A DNA stretch of 64,000 nucleotides from Flaccisagitta enflata (GCA_965153355.1 OZ231126.1:30442001-30506000); one strand, 5' to 3'; positions 29,709 through 44,828 are shown, counted from the stretch's first letter. Notes: a model not told the origin generated them from the letters alone. Translations and numbers: made by a program.

Positions 29709-29904
29709 TAACGAAATAAATAAACGAAAACAAGTGAGGAAGAAAAAAAAGAGAGGCAGAAAAAACGTAAGAAAATTGGCGGCTATTAGCGGCAAATTCA
29801 TTCGAGTGGAGAGAGATCAGACGGAATCAAATTGCTTGTTTGTTTTGCTTGTTTGTTTTGTGGGTTCTGCAAAGATTTGGTTGTGTTTGAGTCCCAATTT
29901 GGGT

Positions 29905-30378
29905 TACAATCAACAACGCAAAAAACATCTCAATAGACGTAGACAACATCTTAAAGGACACAAATAACATCTCAACACACGCAAACAACATCTCACCAGA
30001 CAAAACAACAACTTCACTGATGCAGATGACGTCTCAGCTGACACAAACAATATCACAACTAACACTAACAATATCTCAACTGACACAATTGCACAAACAA
30101 AATCTCAACACACGCAAACAACATCTCACCAGACAAAACAACAACTTCACTGATGCAGATGACATCTCAACTGACACAAACAATACCTCAACTGACACAA
30201 ACAACATCTCAAAAGACACAACATCTCAACAGGCTCAGACAACATCTCAACAGGCCAGATGAAAAAATATCAACAAACGCAAACAATAATTCTAGAGACG
30301 TAAACAACATTTCAACAGACGTAACATCTCAACTTACCCAAACAACATCTCAACTTACCCAAACAACATCTCTACTGA
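29905..30378. repeat. Degenerate ~21-bp tandem repeat (ACAACATCTCAACTGACACAA)
   Basis: Recurring AACATCTCAAC core. Confidence 0.75.
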
Positions 30379-30645
30379 TGCCAACGTCGAGGTCAAGTTG
30401 TCACAGCCTTGCACGGGAAGCCTACCCGGGCATGTAAAGCGTCTGATATGACCTTCAAACATGCCTGAGCAGAAACCGGTGCCCAGGAGACTAGGTAGAG
30501 GCAATTACAAGTACATTAGGACTTGGTAAGGGTGATGGTGGTTAAAATTACCGGGTGCCATTTGTCGGAATAAGAGTTAGTGGAATTACACATTGTTAGT
30601 GTCAGAGCTGGTTTTCAACATCTTGGATTACTATCTGATGCTCTC

Positions 30646-30717
<72 letters not shown>

Positions 30718-30775
30718 TCGCTCTCTGTCTCTGTCGCTCTCTGTCTCTGTCTCTGTCTGTCTCTGTCTCTCTCTG

Positions 30776-31002
<227 letters not shown>

Positions 31003-32079
31003 CTCTCCTACACACATTTTGCATTAATTGTGCAATTGGAGATCATTCCGTAAGTCACATAAACATATCAATTGAATAATTCGCCTTTATATATCAATTC
31101 ACAATGAGAGGATCACGCAACAGCGTAAAACGATATAGACACCTTTCACTGCATCTTCCTCTTTTATGCCCAGTTATGGGCCCCCAAAAAAGGCTCCTCC
31201 TGACTTCAAAATAGGCGCAAAAACCGACCACACGGAAATCGACAAAAACGACAACAACCATAACAACATCAATATAAATGCAATTATGAGAAAAAAGGTC
31301 GGATGTTGAAAAGACCACCCAGAAGAAAGAGGGGGAAATGTTTTCATGTGGACCTCGTCGAGTTTTGTCGTGATTTTTGGGCTTGTTTTTTTTTTTAGTC
31401 GCGTGCACGCGACTCTTTGGCTCGCTCTGTCCGTCGGTCCGTCGCGTCGGTCCGTCGGTACGTTGGTCTGTCGGTCCGTCAGTCACACTTAGCTCTTTTT
31501 TGTCATTTTATATCATTTTAAGTAATCTAAAGTCATTTTAAAGTAAAAAAATTTAAGTCTAAAGTCATTTCAAGTTATTTCAAGACAATTTACATTTAGT
31601 CTTTTAGTCTTTGGTCATTTAGTCTATTATTCTTCTAGTCTTTTGGTCTTATGGTATTAACAACCGCACGTGACTGTAAGGTATTGGCCTTGTTTTTACT
31701 CTATTCTGAAGGCCTGGATATGTACGGTTCTCTTCAAGATCAAGCCGTTCTTACTTTCGTCCGCCTCGTTTAAAAACATTCACCCCTTCTTTCTGTTTTT
31801 TTTTTTCAAGCGCCGGTTCATACAGTACATACAAGAGTCTGAAACTTGAAGGATAAAGATAACCTCCCTTGATTTCAATCCCTATTCATTGCCTTTCCAT
31901 TCCATCAGCTTTATCCACGGCTCACTTTTCACGTACCTCTCCCTCGACCCTCCCTCTGTCCCATCTTCCACCACTCCCTCCCTCTTGTTTGAACACCTGT
32001 CCATTGCCTTATCATACACCCATTCTTCGGCCTGCTTGTTCCAACGAGCATCCATTGTCTTTCCATTCTATCTAATTAA

Positions 32080-32643
32080 CAGTCTTTGGACATAACGAGG
32101 AGAGTAGATTTTGCTGATCACCGGTATGATGCTAAGAACTGAAAGAATTAACGGAAGAACAATTACTACATGTGGTAATCGTTCAAAATGTAGGCTTGTA
32201 ATTACCTCATAGAAAATGACTGAGGACTGAAAGAAACTATTGCAAGAACGATTACTACAGGTAGTAATCGTTCTCCCATTAGTTTCTTTCAGTCCTAAGT
32301 AATTTTTAGTTGCGGACACGCAACTCTATAAGAGGCTTTGTCCGTCCGTCGGTCGGTTGGTCGGTCCGTTGGTGAGCACGAGTCGAAAAGTGTGAAAACG
32401 CGCATTTCCGCTCCTGCCACCCCGTCCGCAACTGGTGGCCGTGTATCCGGCCTTGTTTTCAAGGTAATTACAAACCTATATTTTGAAAGATTACTACAGG
32501 TAGTGATCGTTCCTCCGTTAATTCTTTCAGTCTTTAATAAATTTCTATGAGGTAATTACAAACCTACATTTTAAAATCAACTACGCCTAAGCATCATAAC
32601 GGTGATCAGCAAAATCTACTCTCCTCGTTTTGTCCATAGACTG
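32080..32643. mobile_element. MITE with ~45-bp TIRs, copy 1
   Basis: CAGTCT.TGGACA.AACGAGGAGAGTAGATTTTGCTGATCAC inverted at both ends; TTAA on both flanks. Confidence 0.88.
32308..32456 (-). mobile_element. Family A element inserted into a T-run of a MITE
   Basis: Absent from the second MITE copy (40793-41190), where the site is a plain T7 run. Confidence 0.85.
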
Positions 32644-32972
32644 TTAACCAGTTGTTTAGCTTTTGCGTTGAGTTCTCCCTTCTTCCAATTCACCTCCCTC
32701 TTTCTGGGAATTCCTGAATCAATCAAAGACCCAATGCACATTTTGCATTAATCCATTTACCAATAAAGGTGGCTCTCGCCGACCGGAAAAAAGTAAAAAA
32801 TGGGAATCTTTTTTTTCAGTGCATGTTTTTCCATGTGCATCTCATGATGTCAGGTTGACTGCTTGCTTGTTATTGTTATTCATTCTGTTTCTCTGTATCT
32901 CTTTTTTGGTCTTCCTTTGTCTTTGAGTGTGTGTATATGTGTGTGTATGTATGTATGTGTGTGTGTGTGTGT

Positions 32973-33100
<128 letters not shown>

Positions 33101-33242
33101 ATATGTGTGTGTGAATGTGTATGTATGTGTGTGTGTGTGAATGTGTGTGTGTGTGTGTGTATGAATATGTATGTGTGTGTGTGAATGTGTGTGTGTGTGT
33201 GTGTGCATGTGTTTGTGTGGGGGTGTGTTCTCTTTCCATTTC

Positions 33243-33357
<115 letters not shown>

Positions 33358-36300
33358 TCTCTCTAAAGCAGAATAAAATTTAAAAGCCAGCGTCATAAAA
33401 GTTAGGGTCAATTTGTGTAACGTCTTGACTCTTCTCTTTTAGTAAATATGGCCCTAGAATAGGATCAATGAAAATTATCGATGTGTGTGAAAATGCGGAA
33501 AAATAATAAAAGATTAAAAAATTCATAACGCCAAAACTAATGATCGTAGAGACTTCTGGTTGGCGCCATTTGAAAGAGAAAAATAAGGTCTTTCTTAACT
33601 GTGAATATCAAAAAATGTATACTCCGAGCCCAAAAACGGCTCAACTTTCTAAAATTGTCTCAAACCTAAAACACAAAACTTTATTTCTCCCCTATGTTTC
33701 AAAAAGTCGAATTACGTAATTCGACTTTTTTCTAATCATGTCATATCCATAAATTGCCATTATTCAGCCACCACTGTCCAATTTTCACCCTCCTCCTACT
33801 CCTCCTCCTTTCTTCAAAATCATTCTTTAATAAATTCAAAGGACCTTTATGAAATTCCTTCTAAATTCAAAGTCCCAAGAATTCAGATTTGCTTCAGATC
33901 GTCACTCGTGAGATCGTCAATGAATTTGACAAAGTATGGGTTTTTCAGTTTTTCACCACTTCGTCAGCGACCTGGTGAATATTTCAATATGAAAATACTT
34001 TGAAAAAAAAATTGACGATGTGGCGGCACGCCTCCCTTTATGAATGCACGTTTGTTTTTCTTATAGAGAATGTTTTCCGAGAAGGGCAAAAAATTGTTTC
34101 TAGTTTATAAGATTTAACCCTTTCGTTTATGTCTGACAAGTGCGTAGAAGGCATTTGGGTACATTGGGCAGACTGATAAATAGTGATACGTGAGGATGGG
34201 TAAGCAGATCGATAGACAGATCACAGACGGGACCCTAATAAGAGCGGAGGAGGGACCCAATTGTTACATGCCCCCCCTACAGTTCACATGGTTCATTCAA
34301 TTTCCTCACTTGCAGTGGCGGTTGACAGCCTAGGTGGATATAAATGGCGCCACCGTGGCGATTTTTCAATTTCCACCCTTAACCCCCCCATGGGCCAATT
34401 TTATATCAAAATTTGAGAAAAAAAAATTACTCGATTTTTTGGGTTCTGGGGGTGGTTGGAAAGTGGGGCGCTTGTTAGGAGCCCAAATTTTTTTTGACGC
34501 CTACGGAACTCAAAATATCATTTACCTACCACATAAACCCCAAAATTTCAAGGAAAATGACCTCAGGTCAATACCGGCGTTGCGCACCAAGCATTTGTAG
34601 GCATAGTGCAATGCAAAATTTGTTAAGATAAATATCCTTCTCAGGTTCGCTTGTGATTGCTCTTGTTAGTTAATCTTAATTTGTTTTACGTTGAATTTAC
34701 TTAATACTCATCACCATCACCAAGTAGGAACGTTTGCTCAGCTGTTTCAGGGATAAAGCATCATGGAAAAAAGTTGACTGAAATTTTCAATGTGCTTATA
34801 TTACTGAATTTTATTGTTACAAATGCTTGAATAGTGATTATACCAAGTTGGTTCAGCATCATAAGGCCCAAAATAACAAGATTGACCATTTTTTGTCGCA
34901 TTAAAAATCTTCATTAATTCAGGATTAAGAATACCATGATAGAAACTTTAATTACGCGAACAAAAGAGCCTGTACTTGGCTGTACTCTTGGGGATTGAAC
35001 AAAATAACAATGCTGATTGCAAATCTATCTTCAGAAAAATTTTCAATTAATCCTGAATAACGCTGTAGTTCCATAAAGTTGGCCCATTTACATAATAAAT
35101 TTGTATTTTGATTTTCATGAATTGTTATAGATTTGTATAGGTTTGTATTACAGTTGTATGCAGGTTGTCCCATACCTGTCACACTGAAATGTCAATCTTA
35201 ACCTAAAATGCCCTAGGGTTGGCCTCTAGATGTCCTATACTTGTCCTAGTATTGTCCAAGGGTTATTTTAGAAATCCTCAACTTGGTCTCAGATGTTCAA
35301 GGAACAGATGCAAAGAGTACACTTATATGAGGAGAGGTGTGGAGGGCCCAAAAGCTATAGTAGCCTCTTGATAGAGCGACCAACCTACCAACAAACCAAC
35401 CAACCAACAATCAAATCAATTGACCTAACATTGAATAGCAACTGACAAAAAGATATTCCTTCAAATCAAATCAAATGCCACCAGGACAACTTACAGTCAT
35501 TTATACTACACACCTGTGAAAAATAGGAGGTAGGGAGGTGCCAAAAGTACAGGGAGTACCTTGTCAAACAGGACCAAAGAAAACGATCTATCTCAGCTTC
35601 AACAAATGGTAAAATGATTCTGTAAACAGGTTTGAAAAAGCTCTTGAAAAACAATTTTTTTATCTGTATTTTGCAAAAGGTTCATTAAAAAAACTGTATT
35701 GTTTAAAGCAAAGTATGGTTTTTACTTTGAGTTTTTGCTTGTTTCGTTGTGTAATGTGTATTGACAAGAATCCTTTTATTCTACTGTCATTTCCAAACAA
35801 AGGGTGATACCATCCTGGCAATGGTCTTGAATAAAAGATATTGTGAGGTGGAATCATACCTGAGCAGAAAATGAGAAAATTGTACAATATTGGCTGGGTC
35901 CAGAGACGTTTTTTAAGAGTTTCATCATAAAAAAGTTTCATTTGCATTAAAAATACTTTCAATAACTATAATGAATGATACAATTTTGAAAAAGGTCATG
36001 AGGGAATCCCATTCTTTCGTGTCCTAGCATAACTGACAAATATTTCTGACCATTTTTTGTCATAAAAATCTGAAAATAGCATAGAAAATCTAAGGAAAAA
36101 CCTTGTATTGAGATAGAAATTAGCGTTTTTTGCTAAAAAAGGCATTTTTTCATGGTTTTCTTTGAGCTATATAATACCCATAACTAGCAAAATTCTGTAT
36201 CATTCAAGAATTTTCTGAAGTTATCTCTTAAAATCAGTTTTCAGAAATGATTTTGCACTTCTAAAAACAGAAATACATCGTTTTCTTTTGTCCTGTTTGA

Positions 36301-37153
36301 TGTGAAACACCCTGTATAGGCGGTTTAAGCAACCCCCAAGCCCCGTCTAAAGCTAAATTTCATCCTCTATTCAAAATGCTTAGTGGGATTATGATGACTA
36401 AATATATTATTTACAGTCCACCAGGCCACACAACTAGCAAATACCAACTTATAATCACATGTTCAAAACAACACACTGAATTATGTTAAGTTACCCAGCT
36501 TAAGGGCAATGACACTACACCCCCTTTGCTTCACACTATGTCAGTCATTTTTACATTTCATCACACATTTATGTTTTCCTTATTGCAAAAACGATAAAAT
36601 TTGATTATGCAAATACTTAAAAATCACTGGTATTTAGCATGCATCATTTCTATTGCCCTGTGGTTGATTTTGACGTTATTTTAGAATAAAAAAACAAAAT
36701 ACAGCCTTTGTGAGTGTGAAAATGATTTTTCTCAAAATTCATGACATATAAGACCCTTTTCTATGCAAATAATATAAATAACATTGAGGATAAAGCAAGT
36801 GACAGATTTATCTAAACTATGGCCATCACTTTTTGATGTGAAATAACATGCAAAATGAAATATAACAGGTGTTGTGGGGTATCAAATGAAAGCCCTTACA
36901 ATTCTGCATCGATTGATACCCATAATGGGGAGTTTGATGAGAAAAAAAAATTTCATCATACTTCCCTACACCAAGTCCCGCACAACAAACAATAAATTCA
37001 TTACTGGAACCATCTTTATCTCAGATGTCAAAATCCTCAATAACTTAAACAAATATTCTATCATCGTCGTTGTCATTATCATTACCGTCGCTGTCATTAT
37101 CATTATCATCGTCATCATTATTGTCGTTGTTATCGTCGTCACTGTTGTTTTTG

Positions 37154-37234
<81 letters not shown>

Positions 37235-37502
37235 AGAGCAGAGATATTTGACATATTAAAACAAGGCCAAGTAGGCCAATAGGTGCGACAGTGTGGATCG
37301 TCGAACGAATGCGTTACCAACCGACCAACAGACCAACGGACACAGCCAGTTATAGAGGTGCTTTGTCGCACCTAAAAAATAATAACTCGTAAAGATTTTA
37401 ATGCCAGAGAATAAAAAACAACTTCATTTCGACAATTTCATCAAATAATTTAAAAAAAAAACAAAGGAACAAACAGCGACCAGCGCTATCTGATGGACGA
37501 GC

Positions 37503-37874
37503 TTAAAATGCGTCTAAATTGGAAAAGTCTTTCTTCGTTTTCCGTTTGGGCAGCGTCTTTCTAGTGTAAAGGGCAGCTTTGACCATACCGTCGCGCACTT
37601 TATTATCAGCAGCAGCGTCGCCGTAGCTGGAGACTGCACGAGAAGCTCCAGGAACTCAGTGTTTGATGGCAAGTCACTCTTGAAGGGTTCTTCCGCAAAA
37701 TCATCGCTTAAATCGAGCAGCATTGGAGGCTCTGTTCAAAACAGAACACGGGCAATAAATAGGAGTATGGAGATACATGAGCAGCATGAACACTTGTTTC
37801 ACCCTCTCTGCCTTGCACTCGTCAGTCTGTCTGTCTGTCGGTCTGTCCTTTACTGTTTATCTCATATTCTATGC

Positions 37875-37970
<96 letters not shown>

Positions 37971-38408
37971 CTCGCTCGTTCGCTCGCTCACACTGTCTGT
38001 CTGTCTGTGGTCCCATTTTGCTCACAGCTAATTCTTTCGGACAATGTCCACTCATGACGGCGCGACAAGCCCGAAGCACCAACTTCTGATCCTGCGAGAA
38101 ATTTGCCGCTACCTCCTAAGGTATCTGTGGGAAGTCAGGACAGGAGATTGGTTGAAATTTTGCGATTTGAGGATTCTTTAAGTCCCGGATTTTATTCCCA
38201 AACTCTCTAACGAAGGAATCTGGGCCTGTTGTTTTTCTGAGATGCGGCGGAGGGGAAGCTTGTTGAGATGCAAAGTGCGCACAAAGTGGTTCCTCGGTGT
38301 GCTCGTAACTTCATCAATCAGGGTGAACGCGCCACTGTACTGACCCATGTTCACAGGGCAAGAATCGCCAACAAGAATTTTGATTTGTTCCGGATCGATG
38401 CGCTTTTC
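37503..38408 (-). pseudogene. Decayed DNA transposase remnant (hAT-like lineage)
   Basis: Frameshifted pieces VGDSCPVNMGQYSGAFTLIDE...LHLNKLPLRRI, TTGPDSF...FSQDQKLVLRACRAVMSGHCPKELA, and EPPMLLDLS...RDGMVKAALYTRKTLPKRKTKKDF. They resemble, in order, the recalled D-xx-VNTG / LHxNELPLRH / STDQ / EPP / RDG..TKxDF motifs of invertebrate hAT-related transposases. Contains stops, a deletion and a (CT)n insertion. Confidence 0.65.
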
Positions 38409-39477
38409 CCGTTAAAAATAGCAGAATTTTATTGTAATCTTCTAATTTCAAGTATTTTATCAATACATTTCAAAAAATTTATTGTCAGCCAAAAATTTTC
38501 TTTTAGAATTTGAAGCCTTAAAAATTAGGTTCTTATAAAAAAAAAGTGTAGAACATTTGTAAATATAATGCTTACAAATGTACTTATTTTTCTTTTCTTT
38601 ACCGTTCATCGTACTAGCACCAAGCAGTAAATATTTTTAGATGCGTCCTCGCATCTCTATAAGAGGGTTTGTCCGTCCGTCCGTCTCCCATTCTCTCAAA
38701 ATCAGTCAACGCACTCCCACACACTCAGAAGCCACCCCCAACCATTATTAGATGCGTCCTCGCATCTCTTGAGCTGCTATTCTGATTATCAATATTTCAC
38801 CTTCTATCATGGTTGTAGCCCCCGTCCCTCCCACCTCCACAATTCATTTTTTGATAAATCATAATCCATGGATTGATTCTACTTCTCCAGCACAACATTT
38901 AATATGTTTCTTGCAGACAAAAAAAAGGTGAAAGTCCTTTTAGAAAGAGGTTGATTGCCTTTGACCGGAAATTTTCTGATTTAGAAATTTACTTCTGATA
39001 AAGACATATTGAAAACTTTGATTTTGTAAAAAAATGAATGCTTATCTACTTTATGGATATAGTATTAGAATTATATAGAAAGTTACAGAGAGTAATGGGT
39101 GTCAGTGTCCATGGTGTGGTTATTTTGAGTAGAACACTAATGCTTAGGCCGTGAGTTAGGGCAAATTTGTGTTACATGTTTTAATCTAAAATCCTTCTAA
39201 AACTTCACGTACAATAAAAACCTACCAGTAACGACGAGGGCGCATCTATTGTTTGTCTATCAAACTTGTTTTCATTAACACTTGACCCTTGACCAAAAAT
39301 TTATGTTCTTTCCTTACAAAGGAAGGGCAGTCACAGGTTTCACAAGTCGATTTACTATGAGGTTGACGAAATGTCAATGAACCTTATTGATCAATGAACG
39401 TTTTGAATGAATGAATGGAGGAAGGAAAAAATGAATGAATGAACGACTGAATGAAAGAAGGAAGTTAGAGAATTAAT

Positions 39478-40316
39478 AGTCACAAAAGCGTTAGATGGTC
39501 AGCGGTACCCGTTGCCCCTGTGTTTGGGTATGTAAGTGTGATGGTGAGAGGGCCAGCGGCCTCGAAGGGGCCAATGACTTATGCTCAGTAAGTTTGGAAG
39601 CTGGAGGCTGGAATTTGAGCCTTGAAGCTGGTATTTGAGCCTCGAAGCTAGGATTTGAGCCTCAAGGTTAGGACTTGAGCCTCAAGGTTGGGATTTGAGC
39701 CTCAAGGCTGGGAATTGAGTCTCGAGACTGGGAATTGAGTCTCAAGACTGGGATTTTAGTCTCGAGACTGGGGTTTTAGTCTCGAGACTGGGATTTGAGC
39801 CTCAAGGCTGGGATTAGAGCCTCAAGGCTGGGATTAGAGCATCAAGGCTGGGATTAGAGCCTCAAGGCTGGAATTTGAGCCTTGTGGCTGGAATTTGAGC
39901 CTTGTGGCTGGAATTTGAGCCTTGAGGCTGAAATTTGAGCCTCGAGGCTGGAATTTGAGCCTCGAGGCTGGAATTTGAGCCTTGAGGCTGGAATTTGAGC
40001 CTCAAGGCTGGAATTTGAGCCTCAAGGCTGGAATTTGAGCCTCAAGGCTGGAATTTGAGCCTCAAGGCTGGAATTTGAGCCTCAAGGCTGGAATTTGAAC
40101 CTTGAGGTTGGTAGTGGAGCCTTAAGGCTGGTATTGGAGCCTTAAGGCTGGTATTGGAGCCTTAAGGCTGGTAATGGAGCCTTAAGGCTGGGGTTTGATT
40201 TTCGGAAGGGGGGGGACGGACAAAGGAGAAGGAGAAGAAGGAGGAGAAGGCGGAGAAATTTGTCCTATGTGTGAATGCATAGGTCATCGGCCCCTTTGGG
40301 GCCGCTGCCCAAAAAG
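39478..40316. mobile_element. HINE-like element, family B, with 20-bp satellite core
   Basis: About 29 units of GCTGGAATTTGAGCCTCAAG (39600-40190) between family-B ends; terminates in GGGGCCGCTGCCCAAAAA. Confidence 0.75.
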
Positions 40317-40792
40317 GATTGAAAAAGACATCGGAATCGTCGGTTTTGCGTGGTTTTAACGTTTGTCCGGTGGACAGACCGACCAACCGGCCGACGGACA
40401 GACATGATCTCTTATTGTTAAACGAGGACACATCAAAATCAAATAGACTATGCGACAACTGGGCTAATAGTTCCATACTGAGTCAAGTGCAATGGAGGTG
40501 CATCTACGCATCTGAATCATTTTGTAGCACCTCCTCACATTCCAATATCCTTGGTGCGCAACGCCGGTATTAACCGTAGATCATTTTCCTTGAATTTTTG
40601 GAGTTTCTATTGTTAATGGATAATATTTTGAGTTCCGTAGACGTCCAAAAAAATTTTGGCTCCTAACAAGCGCCCCATTGGAAAGGGTTCAGGATGGAAA
40701 TTGAAAAATCGCCAGAGTGGCGCCATTTCTATCCACCTAAGGTGTCAACCGCCGCTGCAATTGTGGAAATTGATTGAACCATGTGAGCTCTA

Positions 40793-41190
40793 CAGTCTAT
40801 GGACAAAACGAGGAGAGTAGATTTTGCTGATCACTGGTATGATGCTAAGGACTGAAAGAATTAACGGAAGAACAATTACTACCTGTAGTAATTGTTCAAA
40901 ATGTAGGCTTGTAATTACCTCATAGAAAATGACTGAGGACTGAAAGAAACTATTGCAAGAACGATTACTACAGGTAGTAATCGTTCTTCCGTTAGTTTCT
41001 TTCAGTCCTAAGTAATTTTTTTCAAGGTAATTACAAACCTATATTTTTCTTTATTTTCTTCCGTTAATTCTTTCAGTCTTTTGTAAATTTCTATGAGGTA
41101 ATTACAAACCTACATTTTTAAAATCAACTACGCCTTAGCATCATAACGGTGATCAGCAAAATCTACGCTCCTCGTTTTGTCCATAGACTG
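40793..41190. mobile_element. MITE with ~45-bp TIRs, copy 2
   Basis: Colinear with 32080-32643 minus the nested insertion; TCTA on both flanks. Confidence 0.88.
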
Positions 41191-41191
41191 T

Positions 41192-41817
41192 CTACTATCT
41201 TGCTAATATGTATATCGACAAGCTTTATGGGCCATAACTACCAAAAACATGATGCAAACATAGGAAAATCGGTGACGCTTGGAAACTTCATCAAATTTCC
41301 GATTGAATGGCGCCAACCGCATTGTTCTAAGTTTACTCGTTTAGAAATGACAAGCAAAACAAAGTTACTGCTTCAAGTGGAAAATGGCGAAAAAATTGCA
41401 TTTTAGAATTTTAGAGATTGTGGAAGACACCAGCTGAGGAGAAGTGTTGCTCTGGCGGACAGCGCCCTTACAATAAAGCATTCACTACAGCATCAAGTTG
41501 TTTCCGGGTTGGCCTGGAAACAGTCCAGACCTCAAACTGATGAATAGTCGTGAATTCAAATTAAGAAGTTGCAGAATTAAGAACGTGCCATGTCAAAAGC
41601 TAGGCTGAAAAGAATCTCTCTCTAGATGTAGGAGAACACCACACCATCATACCTTCAATTGCTTTACAAAAGCATACCAAGGCGCATGGAAGCCGAAGTT
41701 GATGCCTAGAAAGGTCACACAAAGTAGAAGTCATAGTTTACAAATGTTACATGTATAATTTGATAAAAAATTGAACTGTATTGTATCTTGTCGATATACT
41801 TTTTAGCAAGATAGTAG
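41192..41817. mobile_element. TIR element
   Basis: CTACTATCTTGCTAA...GTATATCGACAAG and inverted CTTGTCGATATAC...TTAGCAAGATAGTAG. Confidence 0.7.
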
Positions 41818-43372
41818 GGGGGCATGTAACACTTAGGGTCCCTCCTCTGTAGTGAATAGATATTGGACAGGTGTCTAGAATGATCGCCTTTAACACCCAA
41901 CAGCTTAATCCCCTTCCATTCCTCGGCTTAAAAACTGTTTTTTCCCCGCCACACTTACATTTGCATACAGTAGCACGAATTTGCATTTAACGTTAAAGCA
42001 TTTGACAACCGCAATTGAAATCGAAATGAATATCTGCGACTTAAAATCTAATTCTAACCTCTAATTAGCGACCGGTCACGACGCTCAGCCAGGTCGTGTA
42101 AATTAATCGTTGAAAAACGCGAACTTTCTGCGCCAAATATAGCTTGAATATGCGATAAAAAGTGTTGATTGTCGAGCAATGAGCTATTATCAATGCAAAA
42201 TATGCTAAAGCATGTCAGATTACATCATATAGCATCAAGAAATCATAAAAAACCGGGAGAAAAATGGTTAACGTGATCCCATGAAACTTTTAAATTGAGC
42301 CTCAACTTTGAGGAAGTGGAAACGGATCTCATTATGCGTGTGTCTGCGAGGTTCAAACATATATGAAAGAGGAGACCAAGAAGGGCCTATATCTCAAATT
42401 TCATCAAAATCGGTCTATGCGCTCACCTTCTACCATGCGTGCATTTGTTAAGTTTGTTTCAGTAAAAATGGCTGCTTTGCGGTGGTTGATTCTCTTGTGC
42501 GCAAAAAGGTTTACGCACTGAAGCTGATTGAGTAAGTTGAGCAAAAAACTAAATAGTTCATAAAATGTTTTCTTTTTCAACAATATATATAAAGCAGCAT
42601 ATCGTTCGAAAGCTCATGACGTGATGAACATGATTATGTGTATATATTAAGTCGAATCTTAAAAATTGATGATTAATATTAATATAATCAATTTCTTGAT
42701 GTTAAGCTTGCATGGTCGGATCTGCATTGGAATTCCTAAAAAGTAATACACCGTCGTAAACGGAAGGACATAGTGCTAACACCATCAAGAAATTATCTTG
42801 ATGCGCCTTATTCAGTATGAATTAACTATGATTCAAAAATCATAAAAAAGAAAAAAATCCCTCCTTCGATTATATTACAAATTTAAAGGCCCCTAATGTT
42901 CAAACTACGGACATGTGACTCTAAAGGCCATTTCTGGTCAATCCATTGGTCAGATGGTCCACCCATTTGTCCGTCCGTCTGTCCATCCATCTATGCGTCT
43001 GCGTTTCTCGGCTGTTTTTGGCCCGAATGAGATCAGATACTGGGTCTGTTTCTATTGTCAACAAGAATCTTGAGTGATTCCGTGAAACTCGTTTTTAGCT
43101 TAAACACATATTTATGAATTTCAACTGTCCCCACAAGGAAGTGAGCAAAGTGAGTGATAGCTTGTGAATGAAGCGAGCAAGTGAAGCAAGCGTACAGAGC
43201 GAAGCGCTGCAGAACGAGTGAGGGAACAAATGTAGCGAGCGACCGTTAACATGGCCAGATACATGGCTACCCCAGTCGCTTGCGTGTGGGCAGGGGCAGT
43301 GATAGAGGATATCAGTGATGCATTTGGGCGGGAGCAGTGAGCCCAAAAAGCTCAAAAACGCCAAAAAAGTAA

Positions 43373-43802
43373 TAGTCGCAAAAGCATTAGATGGTCAGCG
43401 GTACCAGTTGCCCCAATGTGAGTTGCTGTGGGTGTGAGGTGGTTAGAGAAGCAGCGGCCCCAAAGAGGCTGATGACCTATACTGTTTTTATTTGAGCCCC
43501 AAGGCTGGAATTAGGGCCTGGAGGCTGGAATTAAGGCCTTGAGGCTGGGATTTGAGCCTGAAGGCTGGGATTTGAGCCTGAAGGCTGGGATTTGAGCCTC
43601 AAGGCTGGGATTTGAGTCTTGAGGCTGGATTTTGAGCCTCGAGGCTGGGATTTGAGCCTTGAGGCTGGAATTTAAGCATCAAAGCTGGGATTTGAGCCTC
43701 GAGGCTAGGATTTGGGCCTCAAGGGGGGGGGGACGGAGGAAAGCATAGGTCATCGGTGTGAAAGCATAGGTCATCGGCCCCTTCGGGGCCGCTGCCCAAA
43801 AA
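43373..43802. mobile_element. HINE-like element, family B, with shorter 20-bp array
   Basis: Same ends and 20-bp unit as 39478-40316. Confidence 0.7.
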
Positions 43803-44470
43803 GGGGACTAACCGACCGACGGACAGACAAAAAAAAAACGGAGTGTAGAATGCGTAGCAAGAGACTACAAACGCAATTGTCACGAGTAGAAACAAGTGAC
43901 ACGGGGTCACAACATTGTTGCGGACGGGTGGACAGGGGCATCCAACCGAGATTCACACATCAACTCCCACCCCACACACAAACATACACGAAAAGTATCC
44001 AAAATGATCGTTTTTTCCACTTTTTGACTCAATCATTACGGATGGATGGACGGACGAACACGGACCAACAGATTTGTTTGTGTGTGAGGGTGTTGGAGGG
44101 GTGTTGGGGTGTGGTTGGGGTGAGGCTGGGGGTGGGATGCCCCTGCCCACCTCTCCGCAACGACATAGTGACCCCGCGTTCACTTGTTCACAAAAGTCAC
44201 AATCATCAAGAGCAGATTGCGCATAGCTACATATTTGTACTTCTCTATCTTTGTCTCATCTCCCTACGTTAATTGTAGCAGTGATTGCGTACTCGCTATT
44301 TTTTACTGTTCTTGTAAGCGTAAGCGTTTACATGATTTCTGTGTACTCTAGAGTAGCGTGTCCGCGACTAAAAACAAATAGTACATAAAACTTCGTATCT
44401 ATGGAAGAGGCAAAATTCCCGTGAATCCGGCCTAGTTTCTTTTACGCACAGACATGTGCGCGCGCAAACA

Positions 44471-44543
<73 letters not shown>

Positions 44544-44570
44544 AGTGTTTGTTGGTCGTTTTTGGGTGAT

Positions 44571-44663
<93 letters not shown>

Positions 44664-44734
44664 ATCAGAATCCAGTCTATTGCTGTAGAGTTATAATATT
44701 GACGATGACAGTAGCAATGACGACTTTGTTTATG

Positions 44735-44828
<94 letters not shown>

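Noticed and set aside
30380-30590. GC-richer stretch with a GGCATG/CATGCC stem, considered as ribozyme or ncRNA
   Set aside because: Lacks the hammerhead CTGANGA/GAAA core arrangement and tRNA or snRNA signatures.
38044-38513. Plus-strand short ORFs (MSTHDGAT..., MQSAHKVV...)
   Set aside because: Better explained as antisense to the decayed transposase.
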